Source: Octopus sinensis (taxonomy: Eukaryota). Taken from it: 64,000 nt of DNA. The notes under the pieces are model-generated. The model did not search any database. It was not told the DNA's origin and was given only the letters and a program-made list of their open reading frames with translations. Location of the stretch: NCBI RefSeq assembly GCF_006345805.1, contig NC_042999.1, positions 45,756,001 through 45,820,000 on the forward strand, read 5' to 3'. Positions 24,537 through 37,880 of the stretch are shown piece after piece (within the stretch, counting starts at the first letter, position 1; each line of letters begins with the position of its first letter). The position numbers were made by a program, and so were the translations under genes.

Positions 24537-25102
24537 TTGGGTTGTCTGGAAAGTTCGTGCCGATTTTTAAAGGAAAGAAAAAGGTCAATAGATACTTGCC
24601 ATTACATTTTTAATCAACCAAATATGAACCATTTTGTTGCACAATGCGTGTCCATCTTTCCTTTAACTTGAAAATACCCTCTTCCCAGAGTTGAGGTGGT
24701 TTCATGGCAAAGAATTCATCAAGGTATCTTTTTACGTCATCCAAGGAATTGAAATTCTTACCATTAAGACTATTCTGCAGAGACCTGAATAAGTGGAAAT
24801 CCGAAGGAGCAATATCTGGTGAATATGGAAGGTGGGGTAACACATCCCAGCCAAGCTGCAGCAATTTTTGTCTAGTTCCCAAAGTATCAAGTGCCGAAAA
24901 TGAACTTTCTTATCTTCCATTTTAAAGGATTACAGAATTAACACAGGTTATAGGAACATTAATCTTCTTCCATGAAAAGATATCTTAAACTGTGCTGTAA
25001 ATGGAGGTGTAGTCAAATCCTATTTTATGGACTCAACCATGTTCTAAAATAAGTCAAAATATAAGCTACTATAAATCAGCACGAACTTTCTGGACAACCC
25101 AA
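24537..25102 (-). mobile_element. Internally deleted mariner element
   Basis: TIRs ttgggttgtctggaaagttcgtg / cacgaactttctggacaacccaa with a TA duplication. N-terminus MEDKKVHFRHLILWE is joined to the C-terminal piece GWDVLPHLPYSPDIAPSDFHLFRSLQN. Confidence 0.95.
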
Positions 25103-25358
25103 TACATGATAAAAATAAGACTACTGAATAGTAATAATAATAATAATAGTTTCAAATTTTGGCACAATGCCAGTGATTTCTAGGGCAAAGATAAGTTAAT
25201 TACATCAACCCCGGTGCTCAACTGGTACTTATATCAGCCCTGACAAGATGAAGGGCAAATTCATCCCTGGCAGAATTTGAGACTCAGAACGGTAAAATCA
25301 GAAGAAATGTTGTTAAGTCTCTTCCTTTGGCATGGTGATGATTCTGCCAGCTGCCGCC

Positions 25359-25390
<32 letters not shown>

Positions 25391-25436
25391 TAATAATAGT
25401 AATAGTAATAATAATAATAATAATAATAATGATAAA

Positions 25437-25740
25437 TACCCTGATGCAGTACCAGGCAGTGGCTCTCATAGCTTCTGATCTTAACTGATTGGAATTGTTA
25501 TCCTGTACATGTTTTACTCATTTCAAGCTCATCCAGTCTCTTTCTCTCTCTCTCTCCACCCCTCTCTCTCTATAAACAATGTCAGAGTAGCTGTTCTCTA
25601 TTGCTCTCTCTTTCAAGTTTTATGAACATGCTTTGTCTTGGTATTAAAGATGGGGTTACAGCAAATATTCTGCTCAATACCATAGATCTGCTTGTCAGTT
25701 GCTTGACTGTAACCAGTTCAGCATGACCCTTGGTGGCTGA
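25437..25740. mobile_element. Repeat family E, partial copy containing a ~110-bp insertion
   Basis: Reverse-complement match to 7100-7265, interrupted at about 25516-25623. Confidence 0.75.
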
Positions 25741-27333
25741 CGATATTATGGGCTTCGTCTAGTTTCTGTTTACCAAATCCACTCACAAGCCTTTGGTTAG
25801 CCCAGGGTCATAGAAGAAGACACTTGTCCGAGGTGCCATGCAGTGGGACAGAACCCAAAACCACACGGTATGGAAGCAAAGTTCTTAACCACACAGCCAT
25901 GCCTGCATCTATATATTACTTCTGCATAAATTTTAAATAAAGTGAGAAATCAATAGAATCATCTTGGTTTCATAAAATTGGTAAAAGTAAAAGCACCAAA
26001 TGTCCAAACTGGCGAAAACTTCAAAGCAAAATGCAGTAGGATTGTTCTACCAACAAGGTGATATATTTCTAATTCCGTAGAAGAATGAATGAGAGTCATT
26101 AAAAATTTAATACCTTTTGAAATTCTAGTGGAAGTAACTACATATGAGAATTGACACCACATCTTACTAATATTCCACTTTCTATGCTATGGTATTTGCT
26201 ACTAACTACATACTGAAGGCAAAAGGTAGTGTTGTCATATTGCCAAAGACTGCATCATTTGATTCATACATATAACACCAGCATCACCATCACCACCATC
26301 ACTGGAACCACACAGACATTTGGTACCTTTAGTGGAGTCTGGTCATATTGTACACCTTTCAAAACCATTCTTTTCATTTCTAAGCACTTCATTTCAAGCT
26401 CATCCTATCTCTCTCTCTCTCCACTTTTCTCTCTCTCTCTCCATCTTTCTCTCTTTCTCTCTCTCCACCCTCTCTCTCTCTCCACCTTTCTCTCTCCACC
26501 TTTCTCTCTCACTCTCTCTCTCTCTCTCTCCCTCTATAAACAATGTCAGAGTAGCTGTTCTCTCTTGCTTTCTCTTTCAAGTTTTATTTTCTGCGACTAT
26601 ATAACAAGATATAGTGGCTCTTTGGATAAAATGATAGACTACTAATCACAAGATCATATGTTCAAACCCTACAACTGCAGCCGTTGTGTTACGCACCTGA
26701 GGTGTCCAAATAATTCTGATTGCTCCAATTTACTTGACTGTAAAAAAAAAAAAATTTTTTTTTTAAAATGTTCCACTTCTATTTCACTGTAGAGTATCCA
26801 GCAATTAAAAAGATATACAGCTATAAAAACAGATACCAAATCAAAAAGTATAACAAACACATAATAAATTGAATACAAAAACATAAATATAAACGTGTAA
26901 AAGAAAGGAATATAGATGTTTACTTTATGTTATTTTCCTCTCCCAAATCAGAAACATCCAGAGATTGGTAATTAGCTATTCTAACTTCAGGTAAAAGTAT
27001 AATCGTCGTTTTGGGGGAAACAATGTGAAATTGTTTCTCCTCTTAGCTTTCTTCAGATCCATGGGAGCAATGTAATCTAAGAGGACTTTACTTAATTATA
27101 TGATGTCTTTAATGTGCTTCACAACTGGATTGCACTGTGCATGTCTTTGATGTCCATTTATTGTTAGGGAACTGGGCCTTTGAAAATACGATTACTTTGT
27201 GCAGAAGTACAGTGCAAACACAATTAGGTTAATCCTTTGTTTTTATTTTCTCTGGAATGTGGAAGAGTGAAGTATGAAGCTATGGTATATAGCTTAGTGG
27301 TTAAGGTATTGCATTCACCACTGTAGGATTATA

Positions 27334-27796
27334 CAGGACAAGTTATTACACCTGTAAAAGTATAGGACAAGCTATTACTTCTAGTAAAGTAAAGAATAAA
27401 AAACTTTTTACTTAAAATATTGAGCTAAAATTAAAATTTGAATATTAAAACATATTTTATTATAATTTGCAAATAACACTATACTTATTCAAGTAGAATT
27501 TGGCTAATTTACTAAATCCTTAAATCCTTTAAAATGTTTTAGCCCGAAGGCCGCGGCCATGCTGGGGCACCACCGCTGGTACTTTAAATACAGGAAAAAG
27601 TGACTAATTAGACAAACTTACAAATTAGCCGAACAGTTTTGTACAATAAATTTAAAAGATAAGAACTGTAAAGAATGATAAATTAGAAGAACTGGCATTC
27701 TTTGCTGCAATATTTTAAGTAAAAAGTTTCTTATTCTTTACTTAACTAGAAGTAACAACTTGTCCTATACTTTTACAGGTGTAATAACTTGTCCTG
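27334..27796. mobile_element. Tc1/mariner-superfamily MITE with ~90-bp TIRs
   Basis: caggacaagttattacacctgtaaaagtataggacaag... / ...cttgtcctatacttttacaggtgtaataacttgtcctg, with TA on both sides. Confidence 0.85.
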
Positions 27797-28186
27797 TACG
27801 TTTCCAGGTTTATAATCTTAAGAATATTACTTTCCATGTTTTTTTCCATGTAATATATATGATGAGTATATAGGGATAATTTATCCAGAAAGGTACTGTA
27901 CAAGCACTCAAGTATAGTCCAGGTTTAGGCTAACCTCATCAAGTATTAAGAAAGACTTAAGATTACTTAGGGTGAGCAATCTCACTGTAGTTCAGCTGAT
28001 GGTAAAAATCCTGAGTTTGCTTCACTGGATTATGAATATGTGGAAATCCAAAACAATTACAAAGAATACAGAAACTAGTACAGACTGGAAGAAAAATTAT
28101 GAAGATGTACCATTTTCCGTATTCTTTGTAATTTTTTATATATGTATGTGTGTATTATATATATACATACATACATACGTATATGT

Positions 28187-28487
28187 AAAAAGCACCATCC
28201 GTTCGTGTCCGTTGCCAGCCTCACCTGGCCCCCGTGCCTGTGGCACATAAAAAGCACCATCCGTTCGTGGCCGTTTGCCAGCTCTGTCTGGCACCTGTGC
28301 GGGCGGCACGTAAAAAGCACCCACTACACTCATGGAGTGGTTGGCGTTAGGAAGGGCATCCATCCATAGAAACACTGCCAAATCTGACTAGGCCTGATGA
28401 AGCCTTCCGGCTTCACAGACCCCAGTTGAACCGTCCAACCCATGCTAGCATGGAAAACGGACGCTAAACGATGATGATGATGATGAT
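28187..28487 (+). mobile_element. SINE family C
   Basis: Same body and (GAT)n tail as 20490-20882. Confidence 0.9.
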
Positions 28488-28603
28488 ATATGTATATATA
28501 TAGTTAATTAAAACATGAAAATACAAAGAGAAAACACAACAACGCGAGAACGTGGAACAAGTATAGTATTATTGGATGCTCAGGAAAGAAGGAAAGAAGG
28601 AGC

Positions 28604-28638
28604 GTTTAACGTTTCAAGCGGAGCTCTTCATCAGAAAC
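28604..28638 (-). ncRNA. Minimal hammerhead ribozyme motif
   Basis: Minus strand: gttt-CTGATGA-a-gagc tcc gctt-GAAA-cg-TT-aaac; stem I gttt/aaac, palindrome ACGT. It lies in a Penelope-like repeat remnant (about 28510-28710). Confidence 0.65.
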
Positions 28639-28716
28639 ATAGGAAAAGGAAAGATCCAAAGAAGGGATGACGGAGGAAAAAAAATCGCCAACGGTACACA
28701 TGCAGTCACATTTTGA

Positions 28717-28760
<44 letters not shown>

Positions 28761-28793
28761 ACATTTACATACATATATGTATGCATATACACA

Positions 28794-28862
<69 letters not shown>

Positions 28863-29069
28863 TCTCCTACAAAATTAAGTCAGTGTTTATTAAGATAGAT
28901 TTCATTTTCAAAATTTAATAATTTCTACTGACAGAATTAAATTGTTTTTATAAAACACCTGTTTTCAAACTGATGATTATTCTGGTCTAACCTTTGCTGA
29001 TAACGCAAAGCAATGGAGTTACAAATATTAAGAAATATGTTGCTTGGTATTTGTATACATTCTTGTTCA

Positions 29070-29330
29070 ACAGCCCCCTTCAATTTATCAACTGTTGCCA
29101 GTTTTGTACCAAAAAATTTATCATTTAAGTTTTCACATAATAAATCTAGAAGCGTGAGGTCTAGTGAATGGGGAGGGGTATTCTACTGAATTTCTTCATT
29201 CAATCCATCTTTTTGGCAAAATCTCTGCTTGCTGGAAATAAAATTCCACATCTGCAGAATCCTCTCAAATGCTTTTCATAACAGATTGTTGCAGCTGGTT
29301 TATGTGAATAGGACCACTGTACCATCAAAA
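29070..29330 (-). mobile_element. Degenerate Tc1/mariner transposase remnant
   Basis: Minus strand TPPHSLDLTLLD resembles WPPRSPDLTPLD, followed by a KDKV..K..TVDEL-like segment. Confidence 0.5.
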
Positions 29331-29337
29331 GTAGTGA

Positions 29338-29630
29338 AGGCACATGGCTCAGTGGTTAGAGTGTTGACTCACAATCATGGGATAGTGAGTTTGATTCCTT
29401 GACCAGTCTGTGTGTTATGTTCTTGAGTAACACACTTTATTTCATATTATTCCAGTTCACTCAGCTGTAGAAATATGTTGCGACATCTCTGGTGCCAAGC
29501 TGTATCAGCCCTTGCCTTTCCCTTGGATAACATCGGTGGTGGGGAGAGGGAAGACTGGTATGCATGGGAAACTGCTGGTCTTCCGTAAACAACTTGTCTG
29601 GACTTGTGCCTTGGAAGGGAACTTTCTAAA
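29338..29630 (+). mobile_element. tRNA-derived SINE (family D-like head, third tail type)
   Basis: ggcacatggctcagtggttagag...gagtttgattcc head, with a body unlike the 8493 tail. Confidence 0.7.
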
Positions 29631-29864
29631 TCTAAAAAGAAATGAAAATTGAGTACATGTACATTTTTGTGGGTGGACACCCTAGAGAGAGAGAGGGAAG
29701 AGAGAGAAAGAGAGAGGAGAGAAAGAAAGCATTGTACCTCTCCCTCAATACTCATCTCTGTTACTCTTTCTCTTCCTACTCTTCCTGTTTCACTTAACAG
29801 TTAGTTGCTATCACTGTCATTCTCGTATTATCAATTTTAATTACCCTCTCTCACTCTCTCTCTA

Positions 29865-30193
29865 AAAACACCATTCGAGCATGATTGGTACCTGCGTCGC
29901 CTTACTAGCACTTGTGCTGGTGGCACTTGAAAAAACATTTGAGCGAGGTCGTTGCCAGTGCTGCTGGACTGGCTCCTGTGCAGGTGACACATAAAAAGCA
30001 CCATTTGAGCATGGCCATTGCCAGTACCACCTGATTGGCCCTTGTGCCGGTGGCATGTAAAAGCATCCACTACACTCTCGGAGTGGTTGCCAGATCAGAT
30101 TGGAGTCTGGTGCAGCAATCTGGTTGGCCAGACCTCAGTCAAATCATGCAACCCATGCTAGCATGGAAAGTGGACGTTAAACGATGATGATGA

Positions 30194-30196
<3 letters not shown>
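29865..30196 (+). mobile_element. SINE family C variant
   Basis: Internal gtgctggtggcac units and the cccatgctagcatggaaagtggacgttaaac(GAT)n tail. Confidence 0.85.
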
Positions 30197-30235
<39 letters not shown>

Positions 30236-30736
30236 CACTACACCCTTTGTACTGTCCCCTCTATTACTCTCTCCTCAACCACATAACTCTGTTCTTCCCA
30301 TTATGTTTGCTTCTTTCACTGTTTCATCCTTGTGCAACTTGTTTTCTGCTGTTACCTTCATTTCAGTTTTTATTTTAGAATTATGGGTGAAGGACCTGAG
30401 TTTTGCAAGTGCTGGTGCCATGTTAAAATACACCCAGTACCCTTTATAAGGCATCCGGTGTACTGTGCAGTCACATTTGGTAGAGAGGACGTATTAGTCT
30501 TGCCAAGGGCATGGCAATCTCTCTGGTGCTAGTGCCATAGCATAATGCATTTGGTACACTCTGTAAAGCAGCTGGTGTTAGGAAGGTCATCAAGCCATAG
30601 AAACCATGCCAAAAACTGGGATGTGTAAGCAAGGTGTCATCCTTTTATCTGTCTAGGAAAGCAGCAACTTCAAATAAGAACTGACTTACACTGTGTTGAC
30701 TCATGGAACACATATAAGTATATAAAATACACATAC

Positions 30737-30908
30737 AGGCATAGGAGTGGCTGTGTGGTAAGTAGCTTGCTTACCAACCATGTGGTTCTGGTTTCAGTCC
30801 CACTGTGTGGCACCTTGGGCAAGTGTCTTCTACTCTAGCCTCGGGCCGACCAATGCCTTGTGAGTGGATTTGGTAGACGGAAACTGAAAGAAGCCTGTCG
30901 TATGTATG

Positions 30909-30968
<60 letters not shown>

Positions 30969-31200
30969 TGTATGTGTGTGTGTATATGCTTGTGTGTCTG
31001 TATTTGTCCCCACCCCAACATCACTTGACAACCGATGCTGGTGTGTTTGCATCCCCGAAACTTAGCAGTTCGGCAAAAGAGGTCGATAGAATAAGTACTA
31101 GGCTTACAAAGAATAAGTTCTGGGGTTGATTTGCTCGACTAAAGGCAGTACTCCAGCATGGCCACAGTCAAATGACTGAAACATGTAAAACAATAAAACA
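30737..31200 (+). mobile_element. SINE family A, full length
   Basis: aggcataggagtggctgtgtggtaagtagc head, internal (TG)(TA)(TATG) repeat and full tail. Confidence 0.9.
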
Positions 31201-31609
31201 ATAAAACAATACAAATGATGATGTTGATGTTGGTAATGTTATATTTTATTTACTTCCCTTTTGGAGGAGGTAGCAGTTGATTATATTGTTGCTAGTACTT
31301 GAACGGTACTTTATTTTATCAAGCTTTAAAAGGATGAAAAGCAAAGTTCACATTGATGGGATTTGAACACAGAACATTGAGAGCTCGAACAAATAAGACA
31401 AGACAGTTTAACTGATGCTCTAATGATTCTGCCAATTCACTGTTTAAATAGTAATAATACTTATAATAGCTTTGTTGATGATGATGACGACAATGTTGAT
31501 GATGGTGATGATGATGATGAGGCGGAGGCGGAGGAGAAGGATGGGTTCTTTTATCACTAATAATAATGATTTCTATGCAATGATAATGATAGTATGAGTG
31601 ATGATGATG

Positions 31610-31658
<49 letters not shown>

Positions 31659-32782
31659 TAATGAAACGTAAAAATAGCATGTAATTATATTGATTTGAAA
31701 TGATTACGAAGACAATAGCTAAAATAACAGCAACATAAACACATCTGTTGTAAAGGAACAAAATGCAGAACAATAACAGAAGACCGACGATAACCTTTTG
31801 TTGTCTCAAATAAACCAATTGAATTTCTTCTTTCTCCTTAGTTGCGTTCCGGTGATAGTAAACTCTGAATACGACTTAACCTTGACTGGCTGTTTTAAAA
31901 TGATTACATGATTTATATGGTTATTTGGTTTAGACGCAAATTCATTCTCTTTATTTATTTACATATACACACACATATATATATATATATACATTTGTCA
32001 ACAATTGCGTTCTTTCAGTAGTCTGTTTGTTGCCAACATACACGTCAGAAATGCGGAGAGTTTCCTTCATTTCTTTCTATTAGGTTACATATTTCAAACA
32101 ATTTTTCTCTACTCATGCTGCGTAACTTTAGAAACCTTTCTGACACCAAATTATAAGATAGATAATTGGGTAATTTTACTTCATATTTTTATGCTTTCCT
32201 CTTCTCTGTAACGTTTTGTTGTCGCTATTGTTGTGTTGATGTTGTTGTTGTTATTATTATTATCATTATTATTATTATTATTATTATTACTATTATTATT
32301 ATTATTATTATCATTATTATTATTATTGCTGCTACATAGATTCCAGCGTTTTTGTTCTCTTCCTGTTATATATTCAGTCTCTTAGGCAGTACAACAATTC
32401 TGCTCTGCTAAACTATGTTCAGAGGAATTCATAGAATGCAAAAATAGATGGCAAAATCAGTGTGTTGTGAGGTGGTGGAATTTGTTGGAGAATGAGACAA
32501 TTTAGAAACGTGGATTTAGTGCCCTAAGTTAGGCACATAACTGACTATACTTGCTGCAGTATACCTGACTGATGGAAAACAGCCCCCACAAATTCATATG
32601 TTATGGTTGAGTTAGTTGGGCACCAGCTGTGACAACAAATGCTTGGATAAAATCCCATTCCGCTTGTGCAAGCTTGGATAAACAATTATTTAAAACCCAT
32701 AAATATATGAGGACCTGAACGAGTAAGGATTGAAAGTAGGAAGGGAATTATTTTATAGAAGTGGGAGAATGAGCAGAATGGG

Positions 32783-33188
32783 TTACTCTTTTACTCTCTT
32801 TTACTTGTTTCAGTCACTTGACTGTGGCCATGCTGGAGCACCGCCTTTAGTCGAGCAAATCGACCCCAGGACTTATTCTTTGTGAACCTAGTACTTATTC
32901 TATCGGACTCTTTTGCCAAACTGCTAAGTTTTGGGGACGCAAACACACCAGCATCGGTCGTCAAGCGATGCTGGGTGGACAAAGACAGACACACTAACAC
33001 ACACACACACAGACATACATATATACGACAGGCTTCTTTCAATTTCCATCTACCAAATCCACTCGCGAGGCTTTGGTCGGCCCGAGGCTACAGTAGAAAA
33101 CACTTGACCAAGTTTCCGCGCAGTGGGACTGAACCCGGAACCATGTGGTTGGTAAGCAAGCTACTTACCACACAGCCACTCCTCTGCC
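32783..33188 (-). mobile_element. SINE family A, full length
   Basis: Reverse complement of the consensus, CpG-rich. Confidence 0.9.
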
Positions 33189-34329
33189 TTCTTTATAGAT
33201 AAAATTTGAAAAAAGATAGCTATCGACAGTTTCTGTATTTACTTTTGTCTCACTGAGCTCAAATCTTGATGGTGTTTTGAGAAAGCGAATATTAAGCCTA
33301 CAATGTAAATGGACACCATAAAGTTAGCATTTTCTTCTACAACTCTTAGTGCTTTTACTTCACTTTAATAAAGATGATAACTATAACCTGAAGTGTTAGA
33401 TCTTCTGTTCCTATCATTTGGTGTATTTACTTCCAATGTACACATTCTTTGATATTGTTTACATTTCATATTTTCATGATTTTTCCACCATGTGTTTCAA
33501 TAGTCTGACTTTGTGTATTATCTATTTATACATAAGTCATCTCCTTACCTCATAATCTTTTTTGTTCACTTCAATTTTTTTTTTTTTTTTTTGTTATCTA
33601 CCAACAATATATTCAGATTAATTCAATTGATTATACTGCTCACAAAAAACCTCTCCTTTTCATCATCGTCATCATCATCGTCATCATCATCATCATCATC
33701 ATCGTCATCATCATTTTAATACCATCTTTTTCATGCTTGCATGGGTTGGATGGAATTTGTTGAGGTACACTTCCCACAGCTGGATGCCCTTTCCATTCTG
33801 TTATCAACCCTAATTGGGCCCTAAGCAAACCTCAATCAGACAAGTCATTACTTCAACAAGTCATTACTGGTCTTTTTATGTTGGTGCCATGTCTGGGAGA
33901 AACGGCAGTGCCCACATGCTTTAGAAATGCCTTGAGAAAGGTGAGACTGATATTAATGTTCTGTTTAAACTGTTGCAAGTTGACACTTCAAGAAAGACAT
34001 GAGCAGATGTAGAATTCCAGAGACAGCTGACCTTCAAAAGAAGAAGGACTGGAGAAAAATGATTAGTGCAGGCTCAAGGTTTGGCTGGACTCAACATAAA
34101 AGATGAGGGAAGGAGAAATTTATAAGTCAGGAGTGCTTATGAGGGAATAGCACAAGTCCAACCAACTACAAAAGCTGAGGTCATAATTGATTTGACAGTA
34201 ATGAGAAAGAGAGGAAACAGTTTGCTGGTTGACTAGAGGATGGAGCATGTTTGTGAGTGATTACAGGCCAAATCAGTCATTCAAAAATTTCTGAAGGACC
34301 CATATGGGTTTACTAAGAAGTTGTTCACT

Positions 34330-35870
34330 GAGCTGAAGAGTGGCACTTTATTGTGCATGAAAGAAGAATTGGATGGTCATATTAAAGAAACCTACAGCAA
34401 TCCACACTGTAACAGCCACTGCCACCTTTCAAATGGTATAAAGCATCTCTTAGAACTTGATATCAAATTTCAAATTGAGGACATCAGGGAGAAGTAAATG
34501 ATTTTGTGAGAAAAGCTAGAGCCCCAGGAGGTAATTTTGTCTCCTATAAAATTTACAAATATTGCAATCTTCTGTGAAAGAAGCTCTTTGCCCTTCTCTG
34601 AAAGCTGTAGCATGAAGAGACTCTAGTAGAGGATTGGTGTAAGGTAGAAGGCATATACTTGCCAAAGGAGGCCAATGCAGAGACTATAAAACAGTTTAGG
34701 CTGATATTCTTATTGAATGTGGAAGGCAAGATCTTTATGGGAATTCTTTCAAGGAGAACAGTGACATATTTACAGAGTAATGGATATGTTGATGAATCTG
34801 TTCAAAAGGCCAGGTTCTCTGAGATTCCTGGATGTGTTGAACACTGTTTTTTCAATTTGGAAAGTGATCCAGGATGCCAAACAGAACAAGAGAAGTCTGA
34901 ACATGGTATGGCTTGACTTAGCTAATACATATAGCTCAGTGCCACACTATTTACTGATGCGAGCCATGGAGCATTTCCACATTCTAGACAAAGTAACCAA
35001 AATAATGAGGGTGTATTATGACAGTTTCGAGATGATGTTTACAGCTGGAGATTTTACAATAGATTGGCATTGCTGCTGGCTATACAATATCTGTCACGTG
35101 GTTTATCTTAGCATGGAGGTGATTTTGAAAGCTGTGGATTTTTTGGAACAAAACACCCATGTACAATCGCCTAAGAAAGACTTCATGGATGATGTGACAC
35201 TTCTATGTACAGATAAACAAATCATGCAGAATGCCCTCTTGAGACTAGATGGGCTTGTGAGGTGGTCAAGGATGCAGTTTAGCGCAAAAGAAGTCACATA
35301 GTCTGACATTTTTTAAGGGATTGCAGAAAGAATTTAAGTTTTGAATAGTTGAAGAAAGCACTCCAACAGTCAAAGAAGAACATCAAGAGATTGGGGTGAG
35401 TATATACTGAAACATTGTCAGGTAGGAGTCACAGAATGGAAATTATGAAACAAGCCGAGGTTGGATTATCAGCAATTGATAACTCAATAGCATCATAATG
35501 AGGGATGTAGAGAGAAGAGAGCTTCATTTGATCCAATGTATTCAACAAGGACAGATGATGAGATGAGAGGAGCATGTTGTTGAGAGGAAAATAAGTTGGG
35601 ATGAGATATGGAGGTGGACCACATCTCATGTTTTGCCATCACCTACAAATCTAGTAAGATGGAACATTTCAAAGAATGATATATGCAAATGTGGAAAGGT
35701 CAGAACACTGAAACATATTCTTTCCAACTGTTCATTAGCATTGAAAAGGTATACGTGGAGACACAACCTGGCCCTTAAGGTTATCTTCAGTGCTATAAAG
35801 AACCAAATTGATCTCAACAACTATGGTGGCAAATAAATGAAATCATTATCAGGGATATGATGCAATGAAA
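34330..35870 (+). mobile_element. HERO-like non-LTR retrotransposon RT fragment, multiply frameshifted
   Basis: EGIYLPKEANAETIKQFRLIFLLNVEGKIF..GYVDESVQKA..PGCVEH, VWLDLANTYSSVPH, FMDDVTLL and CKCGKVRTLKHILSNC..RYTWRHN. The HERO assignment is from recall. Confidence 0.8.
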
Positions 35871-37654
35871 TCCCAAAACCTAGTCTTCAGTGATGCAACA
35901 ACAACAATAATAATGATCCTTTCTACTACAGACACAGGACCTGAAATTGAGGTATTTTATTGACCTTGGAGGAGTTAAAGGCAAAGTTGACCTCAGGGAA
36001 ATATTATATGGCATTTTGCCTGATGCTCTAAAGATTTTGCCAACTTAAATCACTAATTTAGACACAAGGCCAATAATTTTAAGGGGAAATAATTCTTGTG
36101 TCAGCTAGAAATGTTTTGTGGGATAAGGCAATTGTTGATTACATAGGCTCCAATGAACCCCAAGAGGATAAGAGGCAAAGTTTGTTTTGGTAAGTTTTGA
36201 ACTCGGTGATTTTTAACTTTGGTATGAGACTACATATTTATAGGAAAAGGATGAAATCAACTCCAGCATCAGTTTGAAACTTTTTGTTTTTTTTATATTG
36301 ACTCCGATGGTCTAAAAGACAAAGTTGATCTCGGTGAGATTTCAACATAAGGAATGAAAAGTGAAGAATATGTGGATATCGGAAAAGAATGGCTTACAGG
36401 CAGACAGAAGACAAAAGACATGAAAATGAAAGAAATGATAACCAGGTGGTATTGAATGCACAAACAAAAAAAAAAAACAAAAAAAAAAAACAAACAGACA
36501 CAGAAAACAAGAAACTGCTCAGTTATAAACCAAAAGAACAACAATTAAGGGAGAGAGTATTAAACGCTTCGTGACTTTGGCGAAGGAATAAAAGGAAAGT
36601 TGAGTGGCAGTAGGAGTGGTAGGAATTGGAAATGGTTAAAGAAGACATGAATGGAAAAGAAGAAGGAAAAAAAAACGATAACTCATTAATTAGATATAAG
36701 TTTAAAAAAATTGTGGAATAGCTATTCAACTGTTTGTTTGTAAGATTATTGCTGGTGGTTGGAGAGGTTGAGAGAGAGGAGGAGGAGAACAAGAGTAAAA
36801 GAGGGAGTGACCAAGAGAGAGAGAAATTGTGTGTGTGTGAATGTGAAATGTTAAGATAAACATCTTGAGACCTCTTAGAGATTATTGGTTTACAATGTTT
36901 CTTGGTTGAAAAGAAAAGTATCACAATATTATATTGCCAATAGCTGTCTGAAACAAACAATGATTTCTGACTTTGGTGCAAGACCTCAACAAATGTTTGC
37001 AGTTTGATAACATCAATTAAATCAGTCTCAATACTGGTATTTGACTGGTATTTCTTTTCTTGACCCTAGGTTGGATGACTGGCATAGTTGACCTGAGTGT
37101 AATATGAAATCAGAGCATAATGAGTTGATTTCTAACATCACCCCTGGTGCTCAACTAATACCTATTTTATTGATCCTGAAAAGATGAAAGGCATAAAGCT
37201 GGAAGAAATGTCACTTGGCTTGCTAATGGTTCTGCCAGCTTGCCATCTTTGTACAATAATGATAGCCCTTTCTGCTGTAGGCACAAGGTCTGAAATGCAG
37301 GGTGATAGGGCTGGTTGATTACATCGACTCCAGTGATCAAATGGTATAATTTCATCAACCCTGAGAGGATGAAAGACAAATTTCAACTCAAAATGTAAAG
37401 GTGTGTGAAGCATTTAAAAAAAGAAGCTGGTTCTCTCAGCTTGCTCTCATAATAGTAATAATAATGACTTCAAATTTTGGCATATGGGCAGAGTAAATCA
37501 ATGAAATTGACCCTCAGAGCCCAATGGGTATTTATTTTATCGACCCCAAAAGGATGAAAGGCAAAGTTAACCTCGGCAGAATTTGAACTCAGAACGTAAC
37601 GGCAGATGAAATACCGCTAAGCATTTCACTAGGCGTGCTAATGTTTCTTATTTC

Positions 37655-37880
37655 TTTGCTGCTCACAAGGAGCTAAACATAGAGGAGACAAACAAGGACA
37701 GACAAAGGGATTAAGTCGATTACATCAACCCCAGTGCATAACTGATACTTAATTTATCGACCCAGAAAGGATGAAAGGCAAAGTCGACCCCAGTAGATTT
37801 TGAACTCAGAATGTAAAGACGTACGAAATACCACTAAGCATCCCACCCAGTATGCTAATGATTCTGCCAGCTTGCTGCCT
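37655..37880 (-). mobile_element. SINE family B (one of about five copies in 37050-37880)
   Basis: Reverse complement of the 17169-17385 type. Confidence 0.85.
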
